Shown one piece after another: positions 1 through 9,958 of a DNA stretch of 64,000 nucleotides. Every line of letters begins with the position of its first letter. Position 1 is the stretch's first letter. This DNA is from an uncultured delta proteobacterium (GTDB lineage Bacteria > Desulfobacterota > Binatia > UBA9968): NCBI GenBank assembly GCA_963745035.1, contig CAVUVW010000013.1, forward strand, positions 992,001-1,056,000, in the 5' to 3' direction. The notes under the pieces are model-generated. The model was not told the DNA's origin, ran no database searches, and saw nothing but the letters and a program-made list of their open reading frames with translations. The position numbers and the translations under genes were made by a program.

Positions 1-38
1 AACGACAGAAAGCTAATCACAATCACAAACGAGATCAT
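1..38 (-). CDS. 5' end of an unknown gene running off the window (MISFVIVISFLS...)
   Basis: ATG at 38 preceded by strong RBS GAGGAGGAG (41-49); hydrophobic start; directly downstream of tatC. Confidence 0.5.
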   Translation of the reverse strand, partial: MISFVIVISFLS

Positions 39-67
39 TACTCCTCCTCATCCCTTTACGTTCCATG

Positions 68-796
68 TCATTCTGGTCTGCGCCAAATATACGCGATGCC
101 GATGCTGAGCACGTAGAGAAGCATCATCGGAACAGCGAGCAGGCTCTGGTTGATCACATCGGGCGTCGGCGTCAGCATCGCTGCGATGACAAAAATGACG
201 ACCAGAGCATAGCGAAACGACCGCAGCATAAAGCGGTAGTCCCAGATACCGGCCCGCACCAAAAAAAATGTAAAAACAGGCAGCTCGAACGTCGCACTAA
301 AGGCCAAAACCATACGAAAGAAAAAACTAAAATATTCGCCGATCCGGATCGCGGGACTGACTCCCATGCTTTCGTACTGCTCGATGAAATACTTGAACGC
401 GACCGGCAAAACGAATCGATAGCAAAAAAACGCGCCGCACACGAAAAAAAACGTGGCGCAAAATACGAATGGAAGAACCCACATCTTCTCCCGGCCCGAC
501 AGCCCCGGCGCGATAAAGCGCCAGATCTGGTAAAAGATGACCGGCGAGGAAAACAGCACCCCCGCGGCGAGGGCGACTTTGATCTCGACAAAGAATGCTT
601 CGGTGACGCTGGTGCCGATGAGATTCTGGCCCGGCTGCAGATTTTGCCGCAGCGGCGCGACGACAAAGGCGAAAATCGCGTCGGCAAAAAAATAACTGAC
701 ACCCGAGGCGAGAACGATAGCCAAAATGGATTTCAGAATGCACCAGCGGAGCTCTTCGAGGTGCTCCGCCAGAGTCATATTGGAATCGCTCGCCAC
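68..796 (-). CDS. tatC: Twin-arginine translocase subunit TatC
   Basis: MTLAEHLEELR, YQIWRFIAPGL, FELP and LTPTPD motifs; several TM helices. Confidence 0.97.
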   Translation of the reverse strand: MASDSNMTLAEHLEELRWCILKSILAIVLASGVSYFFADAIFAFVVAPLRQNLQPGQNLIGTSVTEAFFVEIKVALAAGVLFSSPVIFYQIWRFIAPGLSGREKMWVLPFVFCATFFFVCGAFFCYRFVLPVAFKYFIEQYESMGVSPAIRIGEYFSFFFRMVLAFSATFELPVFTFFLVRAGIWDYRFMLRSFRYALVVIFVIAAMLTPTPDVINQSLLAVPMMLLYVLSIGIAYIWRRPE

Positions 797-829
797 AATC
801 CACTACCACAGACCGAACAAGAAAATTGC

Positions 830-862
830 AAAAAAGGGGAAGGATACGATCCCTTCCCCTTT
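830..862 (-). terminator. Rho-independent terminator after the small lipoprotein gene
   Basis: Minus strand GGGGAAGG-loop-CCTTCCCC followed by TTTTTT. Confidence 0.75.
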
Positions 863-897
863 CTTGCTGGCTAAAACTCGGTAACGCCGAATCGACT

Positions 898-1122
898 TTA
901 CTTGGTTTTCGCCTCGTCTTTCTTCTCAGCAGGCTTGTCCGGCATTGGAGCCGCATCCTTTGCAGGCTCGCTCGGCGTTGCAGGGGGAGCCGGTTCCGCA
1001 GGTGCTGCTGGAGCAGGCGGTGGCGGCGGCGGTGCTGGTTCTTCCTTCTTACCGCACCCTACGAATGTTAGCGTAAAAGCGAAAAGCGTAATGGCCGACA
1101 ATGAAACAAACTTCTTTCCCAT
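898..1122 (-). CDS. Small Pro/Ala-rich lipoprotein
   Basis: RBS GGAGGTG at 1131-1137; MGKKF...TFVG|C lipobox; PAPPPPPPAPAAPAEPAPP low-complexity mature part. Confidence 0.8.
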   Translation of the reverse strand: MGKKFVSLSAITLFAFTLTFVGCGKKEEPAPPPPPPAPAAPAEPAPPATPSEPAKDAAPMPDKPAEKKDEAKTK

Positions 1123-1425
1123 CACTGATTCACCTCCTTTCCCGTCACTTGTACTTTGCCCGTTAAGAATTTTGTATCGCACAACTGAATGGGATATTCA
1201 AGCGGTATGAACACGATATCGGCGCGCCATGGCGGCATTTTTCGCGGCGCGAATCCGAGCACCTGACGAACTTTCGGCGGCCGCGGGACATCGGCAAAAG
1301 CAAATTTTTTTTGTTGCGTCCATGCCACGACTCGGGAAAATTTATCCGCCGTCAAAAAACAATCGACGCCGTCGTGCGATTTTCTCGTGACCTTCGGATC
1401 AAACGCTTTCGATCCTCACCGCGAA

Positions 1426-1445
1426 TGTGCATAAGTTGTGGATAA
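1426..1445. promoter_or_regulatory. Tandem DnaA-box-like sites
   Basis: TGTGCATAA-gt-TGTGGATAA, the reverse complements of TTATGCACA and TTATCCACA, in a ~700 bp intergenic region. Confidence 0.5.
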
Positions 1446-1773
1446 CTGAATGCACGCATGGCCCGCAAGGCGAAAAATAGCGTACCTCAGCGAATTGCCT
1501 AATTTCTTGGCTAGCGAAATCATATAAAAACGAGCACTTGAAAATTTCGCTATATTCTCGCCGGCGATTTACCGTAGTAATTGCCGCCGTCGGCCGGCGA
1601 TTTCGAACCGCTGTAATCGTGAGATGGTGTTCGGGTCTTCGCGCGAGAAAATTCACCGGCGCCCATCATGCTCGCCGCGGAGCGGCGTTCGGCTATTTTC
1701 GATTCGCGCCGCGCTGTGTGATGCGCAAACATACAACCGCGGTGGTTGCGGATGAAACCCGCGCGCCGACGCG

Positions 1774-1802
1774 TTGACTCCGCCGGCGGTCGATGGTAGA
1801 AA
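1774..1802 (+). promoter_or_regulatory. Candidate sigma70 promoter of rpsT
   Basis: TTGACT-N17-TAGAAA with extended -10 TG; RBS GAGGAGG before the TTG start. Confidence 0.45.
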
Positions 1803-1829
1803 ACTGAAAGTTTACGCGAGGAGGATTTC

Positions 1830-2102
1830 TTGATCACCCACAAGTCAGCCATCAAGAGGCATCGTCAAAGCCTCAAGAAGCGGGCGCGAAACATCGAGAC
1901 CAAGTCCAAGCTGAGAACTCTGATTAAAAGGGCGCGCTCGGCAATCGAAGCGAAAAATCAGGTGAACGCCACCACTCAAGTTCAGGCCGTCAACAAAGCG
2001 TTGGGTAAGGCCGTGCGCAAGGGCGTGATCAAGAGCAACACCGCTTCGCGCTGGCTGGCGCGTCTGGCGCGCTCGGCGGCGCGCATCTCCGCGGCCGGCT
2101 AG
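1830..2102 (+). CDS. rpsT: 30S ribosomal protein S20
   Basis: HKSAIKRHRQS...KSKLRTLIK...KGVIKSNTASR. Confidence 0.96.
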   Translation: MITHKSAIKRHRQSLKKRARNIETKSKLRTLIKRARSAIEAKNQVNATTQVQAVNKALGKAVRKGVIKSNTASRWLARLARSAARISAAG

Positions 2103-2146
2103 GCCGCGCCACAAGTCATCCCCGCAGCGCCGGCATCACTCCGCTC

Positions 2147-2758
2147 CTAGAACATCTCCATCACGCGCTGGTAAAGCTCCTGGGCGAAGCGCTCCATCAA
2201 CTGATCCTGCATCATCCGGGTCTCGATTTCGGTCAACTGGATATCGGTGAACCGACGCACGTCCGTGGAATTCAACGTGCCGGTGCGAAACTCCGACGAG
2301 GTCGTGACTACCGCGGCGCGCGAGCCGGCGTAGATTTCGGTCAGAAGAACCCCTTGGCCGCGCCACAGGATCTCGTCGGGTTGGCGCCGCCGGAGAGTTA
2401 CATCCAGAGTGAGCGTGGATTCGTACTGCAGAACTTCATCGTCGCGGTTGACCGAAGCGACGGTGCTTTCCAGCGAGCGGATCACGCCACTAAGGATCAC
2501 GTCGGCCTGCTCGGAGTGATCGACCATTTTGAGATTGCTGCGCCGGTAAATTTCGCCGCGCAAAGCCGTAGCCAGCTCTTTGTCCAAGCCGACCACGCGG
2601 CTGCGATTCACGAAGGTTTCCACGTAAATCGTCTTGGCGTCCGGTGGCAGCAGCGAGGTCTCGCCGACGAATTGATAACCACAGCCGTTCAACGCTACGA
2701 AGAGCGCGACGGCCAGCACCGCCGTGAGGCGAGAGCACACAAGATTTTTAACGCGCAT
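2147..2758 (-). CDS. lptE: LPS assembly lipoprotein LptE
   Basis: Lipobox LNG|CGYQF; immediately downstream of leuS (conserved synteny). Confidence 0.85.
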   Translation of the reverse strand: MRVKNLVCSRLTAVLAVALFVALNGCGYQFVGETSLLPPDAKTIYVETFVNRSRVVGLDKELATALRGEIYRRSNLKMVDHSEQADVILSGVIRSLESTVASVNRDDEVLQYESTLTLDVTLRRRQPDEILWRGQGVLLTEIYAGSRAAVVTTSSEFRTGTLNSTDVRRFTDIQLTEIETRMMQDQLMERFAQELYQRVMEMF

Positions 2759-2761
2759 AGA

Positions 2762-5368
2762 TCAACCCTCTAAGACGATATTCACCAGGCGGCGCGGCAC
2801 GTAGACCACACGGCGGACTTTCTTGCCGTCAAGTAGGCCGGCGACCTTCGGATCGCTCAATGCGTCGGTCTCGATCCGCTCCTGCGTCATGTCCGCGGGC
2901 ACCGTGATCTTGCCCCGGACTTTGCCGTTCACTTGCACGATGATCAAGAGCTGTTCCTCTTCGAGCGCTGCCGCGGAGTATGCCGGCCAGGCGATCTGAT
3001 CGATCCGATCGCCGTGACCGAGCTCCTGCCAAAGCTCGCTTGCCACGTGCGGCACGAACGGCGCCAACAGCAGGACCACGGTTTCCAGTCCGTGTCGACG
3101 AACCGCTGCGCTCGCGCTCGAGCGGTCACCGCGCTGGGCGGCCGCGCTGAGCGCGTTAAAAAGCTCCATGATCGCGGCGATCGCGGTGTTAAAATGAAAC
3201 CGTTGCTCGATGTCCTCGGAAACCTTTTTGATCGTACGATGCACGGCCCGCCGGAGATCGCGCAACTCGGTGGAGAGCTCTCCGTCTTCACTCGCCGCGC
3301 CGACGTTCTCCCATATCGGTCGCTCCTGAACGATCAGCCGCCACAGCCGCGAAAGAAATCGGTACGCGCCTTCGACGCCTTGATCGCTCCACTCGAGATC
3401 TTTTTCGGGCGGCGCCGCGAAAAGCGTGAACAAGCGCGCGGTATCGGCGCCGTAGCGGCTGATGAGATCTTCGGGATCGATGATGTTCTTTTTCGACTTG
3501 GACATCTTTTCGACCCGGCCGATGGTGACCGGCCGGCTGCACTGGGCGCATTGCCAGCCGTCCTTTTCCGAACCGATGAGATCGCCGGGAAACAGCCAAC
3601 CATGCTCCGGACAACGATAGGTCTCCTTCGAAACCATGCCCTGGGTGAGCAGGTTGGTGAACGGCTCATCGACTTTGGTCAGCCCCAAATCACGCAGCGC
3701 CTTGGTGAAAAAGCGCGCGTAGAGCAAGTGCAGCACGGCATGCTCGACGCCGCCGATATACTGATCGACGGGCATCCATCGATCCGCCTGCGCGGGATCG
3801 AAGGGCGCCCGGTCAAAGCGCGCGGAAGTGTAGCGGAGAAAATACCAGGACGAATCGACGAACGTGTCCATGGTATCGGTCTCGCGGCGGGCGGGGCCGC
3901 CGCATTGCGGGCACGAAACCGCAGAGAAAGTCTTGCTCTCGCGCAAAGGCGACCCGCCTTTGCCGGTAAACGGCACATCCGTCGGCAGCTCGACCGGCAG
4001 CTCGGCTTCCGGCACCGGCACGGCGCCGCATTTTTCGCAGTAGATGATCGGGATCGGCGTGCCCCAGTAGCGCTGACGCGAGACGCCCCAGTCGCGCAGC
4101 CGGTAGCGAATTTCCTTTTTGCCCCACCCTTTCGTCTCCGCGTGCGCGGCGATTTTTTCCTTGCCGGCGCTGTTTGACAAGCCCGAGAACTCGCCGCTTT
4201 CGGCCATCACGCCGTCATCGACATAGGCCTCGGTCATGGCGGCCGGCGTCAACGCGCGCTCCGCCGGCTGGATCACCACGCGGATGGGCAAATTATATTT
4301 TCTTGCAAACTCAAAATCGCGCTGATCGTGCGCCGGCACCGCCATGACGGCGCCGGTGCCGTACTCCATGAGAACGAAATTGGCGAGGTAGATCGGAATG
4401 TTCTCGCCGGTGAACGGATTGCGGCAGTAGGCCCCGGTAAACACACCCTCTTTTTCCGCCTCGTCTTCACCGCGGCGCGCCTGGCTGATTTTACCGATGC
4501 GCTCGATGAAGTCCGCCACCGCCCGCTCCTGCGCCGTGCCGCGCGCAAGCTCCGGCGCCAGCGGATGCTCGACGGCGAGCGAAACGAAGGTCGCTCCGAA
4601 GATGGTATCGGCTCGGGTCGTAAAAATCCTGAGCGCGCCCGCGTGGCCGACTAGCGGAAAATCGATTTCCGCGCCCGTCGACTTGCCGATCCAGTTGCGC
4701 TGCATGATGAGAACTTTTTCCGGCCAGCCGGTGAGCTTATCGAGATTCTGAAGCAGTTCCTCGGCGTAATCGGTAATGCGAAAAAACCATTGCTCCAGCT
4801 CTTTCTGCACGACCACGCTGTCGCAGCGCCAGCAGGCGCCGTCCACCACCTGCTCGTTGGCGAGCACGGTCTCGCACGACGGGCACCAGTTGACGAAGGA
4901 GTTTTTCTTGTAGGCAAGCCCCTTTTTGTAGAACTGCAAAAAGATCCACTGGTTCCAGCGGTAATATTCGGGATCGCAGGTGGCGATCTCGCGCTCCCAG
5001 TCGTAGGACAGCCCCATGCGCCGGAGCTGAGTCTTCATGTAGAGAATATTTTCCCGCGTCCAGACTTCCGGATGGACTTCGCGCTCGATGGCGGCGTTTT
5101 CCGCCGGCAGGCCGAAGGCGTCCCAACCCATCGGATGAAGCACATCGAAGCCGCGCATGCGCTTGTAGCGCGCCACCACGTCGCCGATCGAATAATTGCG
5201 CACGTGGCCCATGTGGATGCGCCCGGACGGATAGGGAAACATTTCCAAAACGTAATATTTCGGCTTGGCGGAATCCTCGCCGGCGCGAAACGCCTCGCGC
5301 TCCGCCCAAAAGCGCTGCCATTTCTCTTCGATCGCCGCGGGCCGGTAACGTTCTTCCATGACGGTCAC
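2762..5368 (-). CDS. leuS: Leucine--tRNA ligase
   Basis: [31 protein letters not shown] editing motif. Confidence 0.99.
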   Translation of the reverse strand: MTVMEERYRPAAIEEKWQRFWAEREAFRAGEDSAKPKYYVLEMFPYPSGRIHMGHVRNYSIGDVVARYKRMRGFDVLHPMGWDAFGLPAENAAIEREVHPEVWTRENILYMKTQLRRMGLSYDWEREIATCDPEYYRWNQWIFLQFYKKGLAYKKNSFVNWCPSCETVLANEQVVDGACWRCDSVVVQKELEQWFFRITDYAEELLQNLDKLTGWPEKVLIMQRNWIGKSTGAEIDFPLVGHAGALRIFTTRADTIFGATFVSLAVEHPLAPELARGTAQERAVADFIERIGKISQARRGEDEAEKEGVFTGAYCRNPFTGENIPIYLANFVLMEYGTGAVMAVPAHDQRDFEFARKYNLPIRVVIQPAERALTPAAMTEAYVDDGVMAESGEFSGLSNSAGKEKIAAHAETKGWGKKEIRYRLRDWGVSRQRYWGTPIPIIYCEKCGAVPVPEAELPVELPTDVPFTGKGGSPLRESKTFSAVSCPQCGGPARRETDTMDTFVDSSWYFLRYTSARFDRAPFDPAQADRWMPVDQYIGGVEHAVLHLLYARFFTKALRDLGLTKVDEPFTNLLTQGMVSKETYRCPEHGWLFPGDLIGSEKDGWQCAQCSRPVTIGRVEKMSKSKKNIIDPEDLISRYGADTARLFTLFAAPPEKDLEWSDQGVEGAYRFLSRLWRLIVQERPIWENVGAASEDGELSTELRDLRRAVHRTIKKVSEDIEQRFHFNTAIAAIMELFNALSAAAQRGDRSSASAAVRRHGLETVVLLLAPFVPHVASELWQELGHGDRIDQIAWPAYSAAALEEEQLLIIVQVNGKVRGKITVPADMTQERIETDALSDPKVAGLLDGKKVRRVVYVPRRLVNIVLEG

Positions 5369-5853
5369 GTCGCCGATTTCGCGCTCTGCGCCACTTGATC
5401 GAGGACGCCGTTGATAAACGGCGCGGAGTCGGCGCTGCCGAAGCGCTTGCCGATCTCGATCGCTTCATCGAGGCTCACCGTGGTTGGAATATCCGGGCAG
5501 AAAATCAGCTCATAAGTCGCCACGCGCAAGATCACCAGATCCACCTTGGCGAGGCGCGCAAGCTTCCAGTTCTCGGTGCTTTGCTCAATCGCCTGGTCGA
5601 TCGCGGGGCGCTGGCTGACAACGCCCGACACCAACCGGCGTGCAAATTCCTTGGCTTTGGCATTGCCTTCGAAGTGTTCGAGAAAAAGGTCCACCGCCCG
5701 CACCGATGGGTCGCCGGTAATCTCAATCTGGTAAAGCGCCTGGAGCGCCAGCTCGCGCCCTTTACGGCGCGTGCCTTTGACCGTGTGCTCGGAGCGCGGT
5801 TCCTGTGGATTGTCTGACAATGTGCTCTCTGGAATGGCTGGGACAATCGACAC
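5365..5853 (-). CDS. nusB: Transcription antitermination factor NusB
   Basis: [31 protein letters not shown]. Confidence 0.96.
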   Translation of the reverse strand: MSIVPAIPESTLSDNPQEPRSEHTVKGTRRKGRELALQALYQIEITGDPSVRAVDLFLEHFEGNAKAKEFARRLVSGVVSQRPAIDQAIEQSTENWKLARLAKVDLVILRVATYELIFCPDIPTTVSLDEAIEIGKRFGSADSAPFINGVLDQVAQSAKSAT

Positions 5854-5857
5854 GAAG

Positions 5858-6326
5858 TCACGACAAGGCGCGCATCACGTGGATCAATTCGACCGCCGTG
5901 AGCAGCGCCTCATAACCTTTGTTGGCGTCCTTGATACCGGATCGCTCCATTGCTTGCTGGACGTCGTCGGTGGTCAAAACGCCGAAGCCGATGGGAATTT
6001 TATATGTTTGCACGGCGTCGCCGACGCCGCGCGTCACCGCGTCACAGACATAATCGAAATGCGGGGTATCGCCGCGGATGACTGCGCCGAGGCAAACCAG
6101 CGCATCGTATTTACCGCTTGCCGCCATCCTGTCGATCGCCAGAGGGATCTCAAAGGCACCCGGCACACGAACTACGGTCAGATCGTCCTCGACGCCGCCG
6201 TGGCTTAGAAACCCATCGATGGCGCCCTCGAGCAGCTTCTCCGTGACGAAATGGTTAAAGCGGCTCACGCACGATGCCGATCTTCAGACCGTGCGCGTCC
6301 TTCTTCCCTTCGAGAACGTTTGGCAT
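5858..6326 (-). CDS. ribH: 6,7-dimethyl-8-ribityllumazine synthase (frameshift near 6270, likely sequencing error)
   Basis: MPNVLEG...LKIGIV in one frame, SRFN..VPGAFEIP..GAVIRGDTPHFDYV in the next. Confidence 0.93.
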
Positions 6327-6350
6327 GGATGCTGTGCGCGGCGCAAAAGA

Positions 6351-7577
6351 TCAGTGCTTGACCGACTTGCTTTCGAGGTTGGAGAACAGGTGGCCGAGCT
6401 TGCGCTGTTTGGTGCGCAGGTAGTGAATATTGGTGTCGCGTGGCGCCACTTCGAGCGGCACGCGCTCGACGATCTTGATGCCGTATCCTTCCAGGCCCGT
6501 GATCTTGCGTGGGTTGTTGGTCAGCAGAGAAATCTTTTTGACCCGCAAATCACGCAAGATCTGCGCGCTGATGCCGTAATCGCGCAAATCCTCCTTGAAG
6601 CCCAACTCAATATTGGCTTCTACCGTATCGCGCCCCTGATCCTGCAACGCGTAGGCCCGGATCTTGTTGGTCAGACCGATGCCGCGCCCTTCCTGGTGCA
6701 TGTAGATCAACACACCCTTGCCTTGCTGGTCGATCAGGCGCAGCGATTGGCGGATCTGATCGCCGCAGTCGCAGCGCTCCGAGCCGAACACGTCCCCCGT
6801 CAGACACTCGGAATGGACGCGTACCAGAGTCTTATCACCGCTGTCGATGTCGCCTTTCACCAGCGCCATGTGCTCGACGCCGTCGACTTCGTTGCGATAA
6901 ATGATCGCGCGGTACATGCCGCCGTGGATCGTCGGGAACTCCTGTTCGGCGACCCGCTTGACCAGACTTTCGTTGCGCAGCCGATAGGCGATCAGGTTCG
7001 CTACCGAGACGATCTTGAGATGCTCGCGCTCGGCCAATCCCTGCAGCGCCGGCAGCAGCGCCACCGCGCCGTCATCATCCAAAATCTGGCAAATGACGCC
7101 CGCCGGTTTGAAGCCGGCGAGCCGGGCAAGATCCACCGATGCGTCCGTGCGGCCTGAGCGCGCCAACACTCCCCCGCTGCGCGCCTGAAGCGGCTGCACG
7201 TGGCCCGGAATCACCAGGTCCTCGTGTCTGGTCTGCTCGGCGATCGACGCCTGAATGGTATGCGCGCGCCCGTGGGCCGAAACTCCGTGCACGCCTTCCA
7301 GGGCGATGGAGAACGACGCGCCGCAGATCAGCCCCGCAAGCGAGCTGTTCGCCTCCGGGATCATCGGAATGCCGATCTCGCGAATGCGCTCGTCGGTGAG
7401 GGTCACGTAGATGATGCCGCGTCCCTGGCGCGCCATGTAATTGACGCTTTGCGCCGTCACTTTTTCCGCCGCCAGGCAGAAAAATCCATTGCTTTCCGGG
7501 GCGTCTTCGTCGACCAGAATGACCATCCGGCCGTTACGAATCTCTTCCACGCCCTCTTCGATGGTGGAAATCGCCAT
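6351..7577 (-). CDS. ribBA: RibBA-type fusion with intact GTP cyclohydrolase II and degenerate DHBP synthase domain
   Basis: C-terminal [29 protein letters not shown] intact; N-terminal RibB fold lacks RENEGD, GHTE and CE residues. Confidence 0.92.
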   Translation of the reverse strand: MAISTIEEGVEEIRNGRMVILVDEDAPESNGFFCLAAEKVTAQSVNYMARQGRGIIYVTLTDERIREIGIPMIPEANSSLAGLICGASFSIALEGVHGVSAHGRAHTIQASIAEQTRHEDLVIPGHVQPLQARSGGVLARSGRTDASVDLARLAGFKPAGVICQILDDDGAVALLPALQGLAEREHLKIVSVANLIAYRLRNESLVKRVAEQEFPTIHGGMYRAIIYRNEVDGVEHMALVKGDIDSGDKTLVRVHSECLTGDVFGSERCDCGDQIRQSLRLIDQQGKGVLIYMHQEGRGIGLTNKIRAYALQDQGRDTVEANIELGFKEDLRDYGISAQILRDLRVKKISLLTNNPRKITGLEGYGIKIVERVPLEVAPRDTNIHYLRTKQRKLGHLFSNLESKSVKH

Positions 7578-7581
7578 GCGG

Positions 7582-8187
7582 CTAAAACGACTTGCGGCGG
7601 CGCTTCGGCATGAAGCTGCGCACGTATTTTCCGATCAGATCAGTTTCGATGTTGACCTTATCACCAACCCCGCGGGCGCGCAAATTAGTGTGGCGCAGCG
7701 TGAATGGGATGATCGCGACGGAAAAGCGCTCCCGCCGGCATTCATTGACGGTCAAGCTGATGCCGTCCACGGCCACCGATCCTTTCGATACCAACAACGC
7801 TCCGAGCGCCGGCGGCACGCGAAATTGGAATACGGTAAAATCGCCTTCTTTCATGATCGCCGCAATCGCGCCGACACCGTCGACATGGCCGGTCACCAAA
7901 TGGCCGCCGAGGCGCTCCTCAAGCCGCATGGGCTGCTCGAGATTGACCAGAGCGCCCACCCCCAAGCGATCGAGATTTGTCCGCCTGAGAGTTTCCGGCG
8001 ACACGTCGACGGTAAACGCTCCCTTGGCCTTTTTCACCACCGTCAAGCACGCGCCGTTGACGGCGATGCTCGCGCCAAGCGCCATCGAGCGGACGGCGAG
8101 TTTCGTCCGCACCGTCAGCGCCGCCGCGCCGTTTTTCCGGCGCAAGGCGGCGATGACGCCGACGTCTTCGATCAGTCCGGTGAACAT
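7582..8187 (-). CDS. ribE: Riboflavin synthase (alpha chain)
   Basis: MFTGLIE start, [34 protein letters not shown]. Confidence 0.96.
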   Translation of the reverse strand: MFTGLIEDVGVIAALRRKNGAAALTVRTKLAVRSMALGASIAVNGACLTVVKKAKGAFTVDVSPETLRRTNLDRLGVGALVNLEQPMRLEERLGGHLVTGHVDGVGAIAAIMKEGDFTVFQFRVPPALGALLVSKGSVAVDGISLTVNECRRERFSVAIIPFTLRHTNLRARGVGDKVNIETDLIGKYVRSFMPKRRRKSF

Positions 8188-8233
8188 GATCTCACTTTTC
8201 AGCGCGGCGCAGCGCCTCCGAAGTAGCTCCCAT

Positions 8234-9337
8234 TCATAGACTTCCCGCCACCATGAGATCATCGCCCGAGGGCATGATCCGGAGATTTTTCACGGCGACG
8301 GCTTGCTTGACGCGGCGCAATCCCAAAGCCTCGATCATCGGCAGGCCGTCGCCCCCCAAAATTTTCGGGGCGAAAAAAAATAAAATTTTGTCTATGATCT
8401 TTTCCTTGATGGCCGAGGCGGCGACCGCCGCGCCGCCTTCGATCATCACGCTCACGACGCCGTCGGCGGCAAGTCTCCTGAGCAGCGGCCGCCACGCGAT
8501 CCGGCCGGCGCGCAGCGGCAATCGCCAAACTTGAATTCCGCGCGCCTCGAAGGCTCGAACGCGCGCCGGCGAAACGTCGGCGCCAACCGCAATGATGGTT
8601 TTCTCCGCGTCCGGCAGGCGCAGCAGCTTGGCCGAAAGCGGAATTCGCAGGCGGCTATCCAAAATCACTCGGCGCGGGTTGCGCCCGCCGGCAATCCTGC
8701 AGGTGAGCTGCGGATCGTCGGCGGCGACGGTGCCGAGCCCGACGATAACGGCGTCGACTTCATTGCGCAGCCGGTGCGCCGCCGCGCGCGATTTCGCGCC
8801 GCTGATCCAGCGCGCGTCGCCGCTCTCGGCGGCGATCCGGCCGTCGAGGCTCGCCGCGAGCTTGAGAGTCACCAGCGGCGCTCCACGCGTGATGAATTTG
8901 GCGAACGCTTCGATCAGAGCGCGGCACTCTTTTTCGAGCACGCCGGTGCGGACTTTGATGCCGGCGCGCCTGAGCTGGCGAAAGCCGCTGCCGGCGACCA
9001 GCGGATTGGGATCGCGCACGCCGCACACGACTTCCTTGACGCCGGCGCGAATCAACGCGCCGGTGCAGGGCGGCGTGCGCCCCTGGTGGCTGCACGGCTC
9101 CAAGGTGATATACAGAGTCGCGCCGCGCGCGCGTGCGCCGGCGCGCTTGAGCGCGGCGATCTCGGCGTGATCACCGCCGGCGAATTTATGATAGCCGGTG
9201 CCGACGATTCTTCCGCGCTTCACGAGCACCGCCCCGACCTGGGGATTGGGGCTGGTGCGGCCGGCGGCTTTGCGCGCCAGCCGGCAAGCGATGCGCAAAA
9301 ATTTTTCGTCTTGGACGCGCGCGCGAGCTTCGGCCAA
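8234..9337 (-). CDS. ribD: Bifunctional riboflavin deaminase/reductase RibD (start approximate)
   Basis: TSPNPQVGAV, HAE, TLEPCSHQGRTPPC, KLAASLDG, IEGG; ORF-track extension to 9841 overlaps nrdR and is not real. Confidence 0.95.
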   Translation of the reverse strand: MAEARARVQDEKFLRIACRLARKAAGRTSPNPQVGAVLVKRGRIVGTGYHKFAGGDHAEIAALKRAGARARGATLYITLEPCSHQGRTPPCTGALIRAGVKEVVCGVRDPNPLVAGSGFRQLRRAGIKVRTGVLEKECRALIEAFAKFITRGAPLVTLKLAASLDGRIAAESGDARWISGAKSRAAAHRLRNEVDAVIVGLGTVAADDPQLTCRIAGGRNPRRVILDSRLRIPLSAKLLRLPDAEKTIIAVGADVSPARVRAFEARGIQVWRLPLRAGRIAWRPLLRRLAADGVVSVMIEGGAAVAASAIKEKIIDKILFFFAPKILGGDGLPMIEALGLRRVKQAVAVKNLRIMPSGDDLMVAGSL

Positions 9338-9342
9338 AGAGG

Positions 9343-9846
9343 CTATTCTCTTTTCTGCCGAATCTCGGCTAACTTCGGGGTCGGCCCGCCCTTGCGCTCC
9401 TTGAGCAACTCTTCGAGCTCCACCATGAATTCGCTGATGTCTTTGAACGAGCGGTACACCGAAGCGAAGCGCACGTATGCCACCGGATCGGTGTCGTGCA
9501 GCTCGCGCATGAGGGTTTCGCCGATGACTGAGCTCGGGATCTCCTTTTCGCCGCGCTCCTGCACCGCGCGCTCGATGCGGTCGGTGATCGCCTCGATGGT
9601 GTTGATGCTGACCGGCCGCTTTTCGCAGGCGCGCTTGAGGCCGTTGATGATCTTCACGCGGTCGTAGCTCTCGCGCCGCCCGTCTTTCTTGACCACCAGC
9701 GGCATCATCTCTTCGACCCGCTCGTAGGTCGTAAAGCGCCGGCTGCAGCGCTCGCACTCGCGCCGGCGGCGGATCATGTTGCTGTCCTTGCTCAACCGGG
9801 AATCGATGACGCGATTGTCGGTCTCGTGGCAAAAGGGGCACTTCAT
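9343..9846 (-). CDS. nrdR: Transcriptional repressor NrdR
   Basis: MKCPFC..VIDSR..IRRRREC..C..RFTTYE, ATP cone, [10 protein letters not shown]. Confidence 0.98.
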   Translation of the reverse strand: MKCPFCHETDNRVIDSRLSKDSNMIRRRRECERCSRRFTTYERVEEMMPLVVKKDGRRESYDRVKIINGLKRACEKRPVSINTIEAITDRIERAVQERGEKEIPSSVIGETLMRELHDTDPVAYVRFASVYRSFKDISEFMVELEELLKERKGGPTPKLAEIRQKRE

Positions 9847-9852
9847 GGCGCT

Positions 9853-9947
9853 AATCGAAAATCGCGGACGGAGGATCGCGGATCGCGCGATCTTCGATCC
9901 TCCATCTTTCTATCCTCGATCCTCCATCCTCAATCCTCGACTATCTT
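9853..9947. repeat. Degenerate 7-bp tandem repeats forming an inverted pair
   Basis: GAGGATC/GCGGATC units facing ATCCTCG/ATCCTCC/ATCCTCA units between glyA and nrdR. Confidence 0.7.
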
Positions 9948-9958
9948 TCCCACTCCGA

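Noticed and set aside
9338-9841. 535-aa RibD with a long N-terminal extension or NrdR-RibD fusion
   Set aside because: The extension is an alternative frame over nrdR, which has its own start and stop.
5858-9950. FMN riboswitch for the rib genes
   Set aside because: The genes are embedded in a long operon behind nrdR and I saw no RFN consensus in the short spacers.
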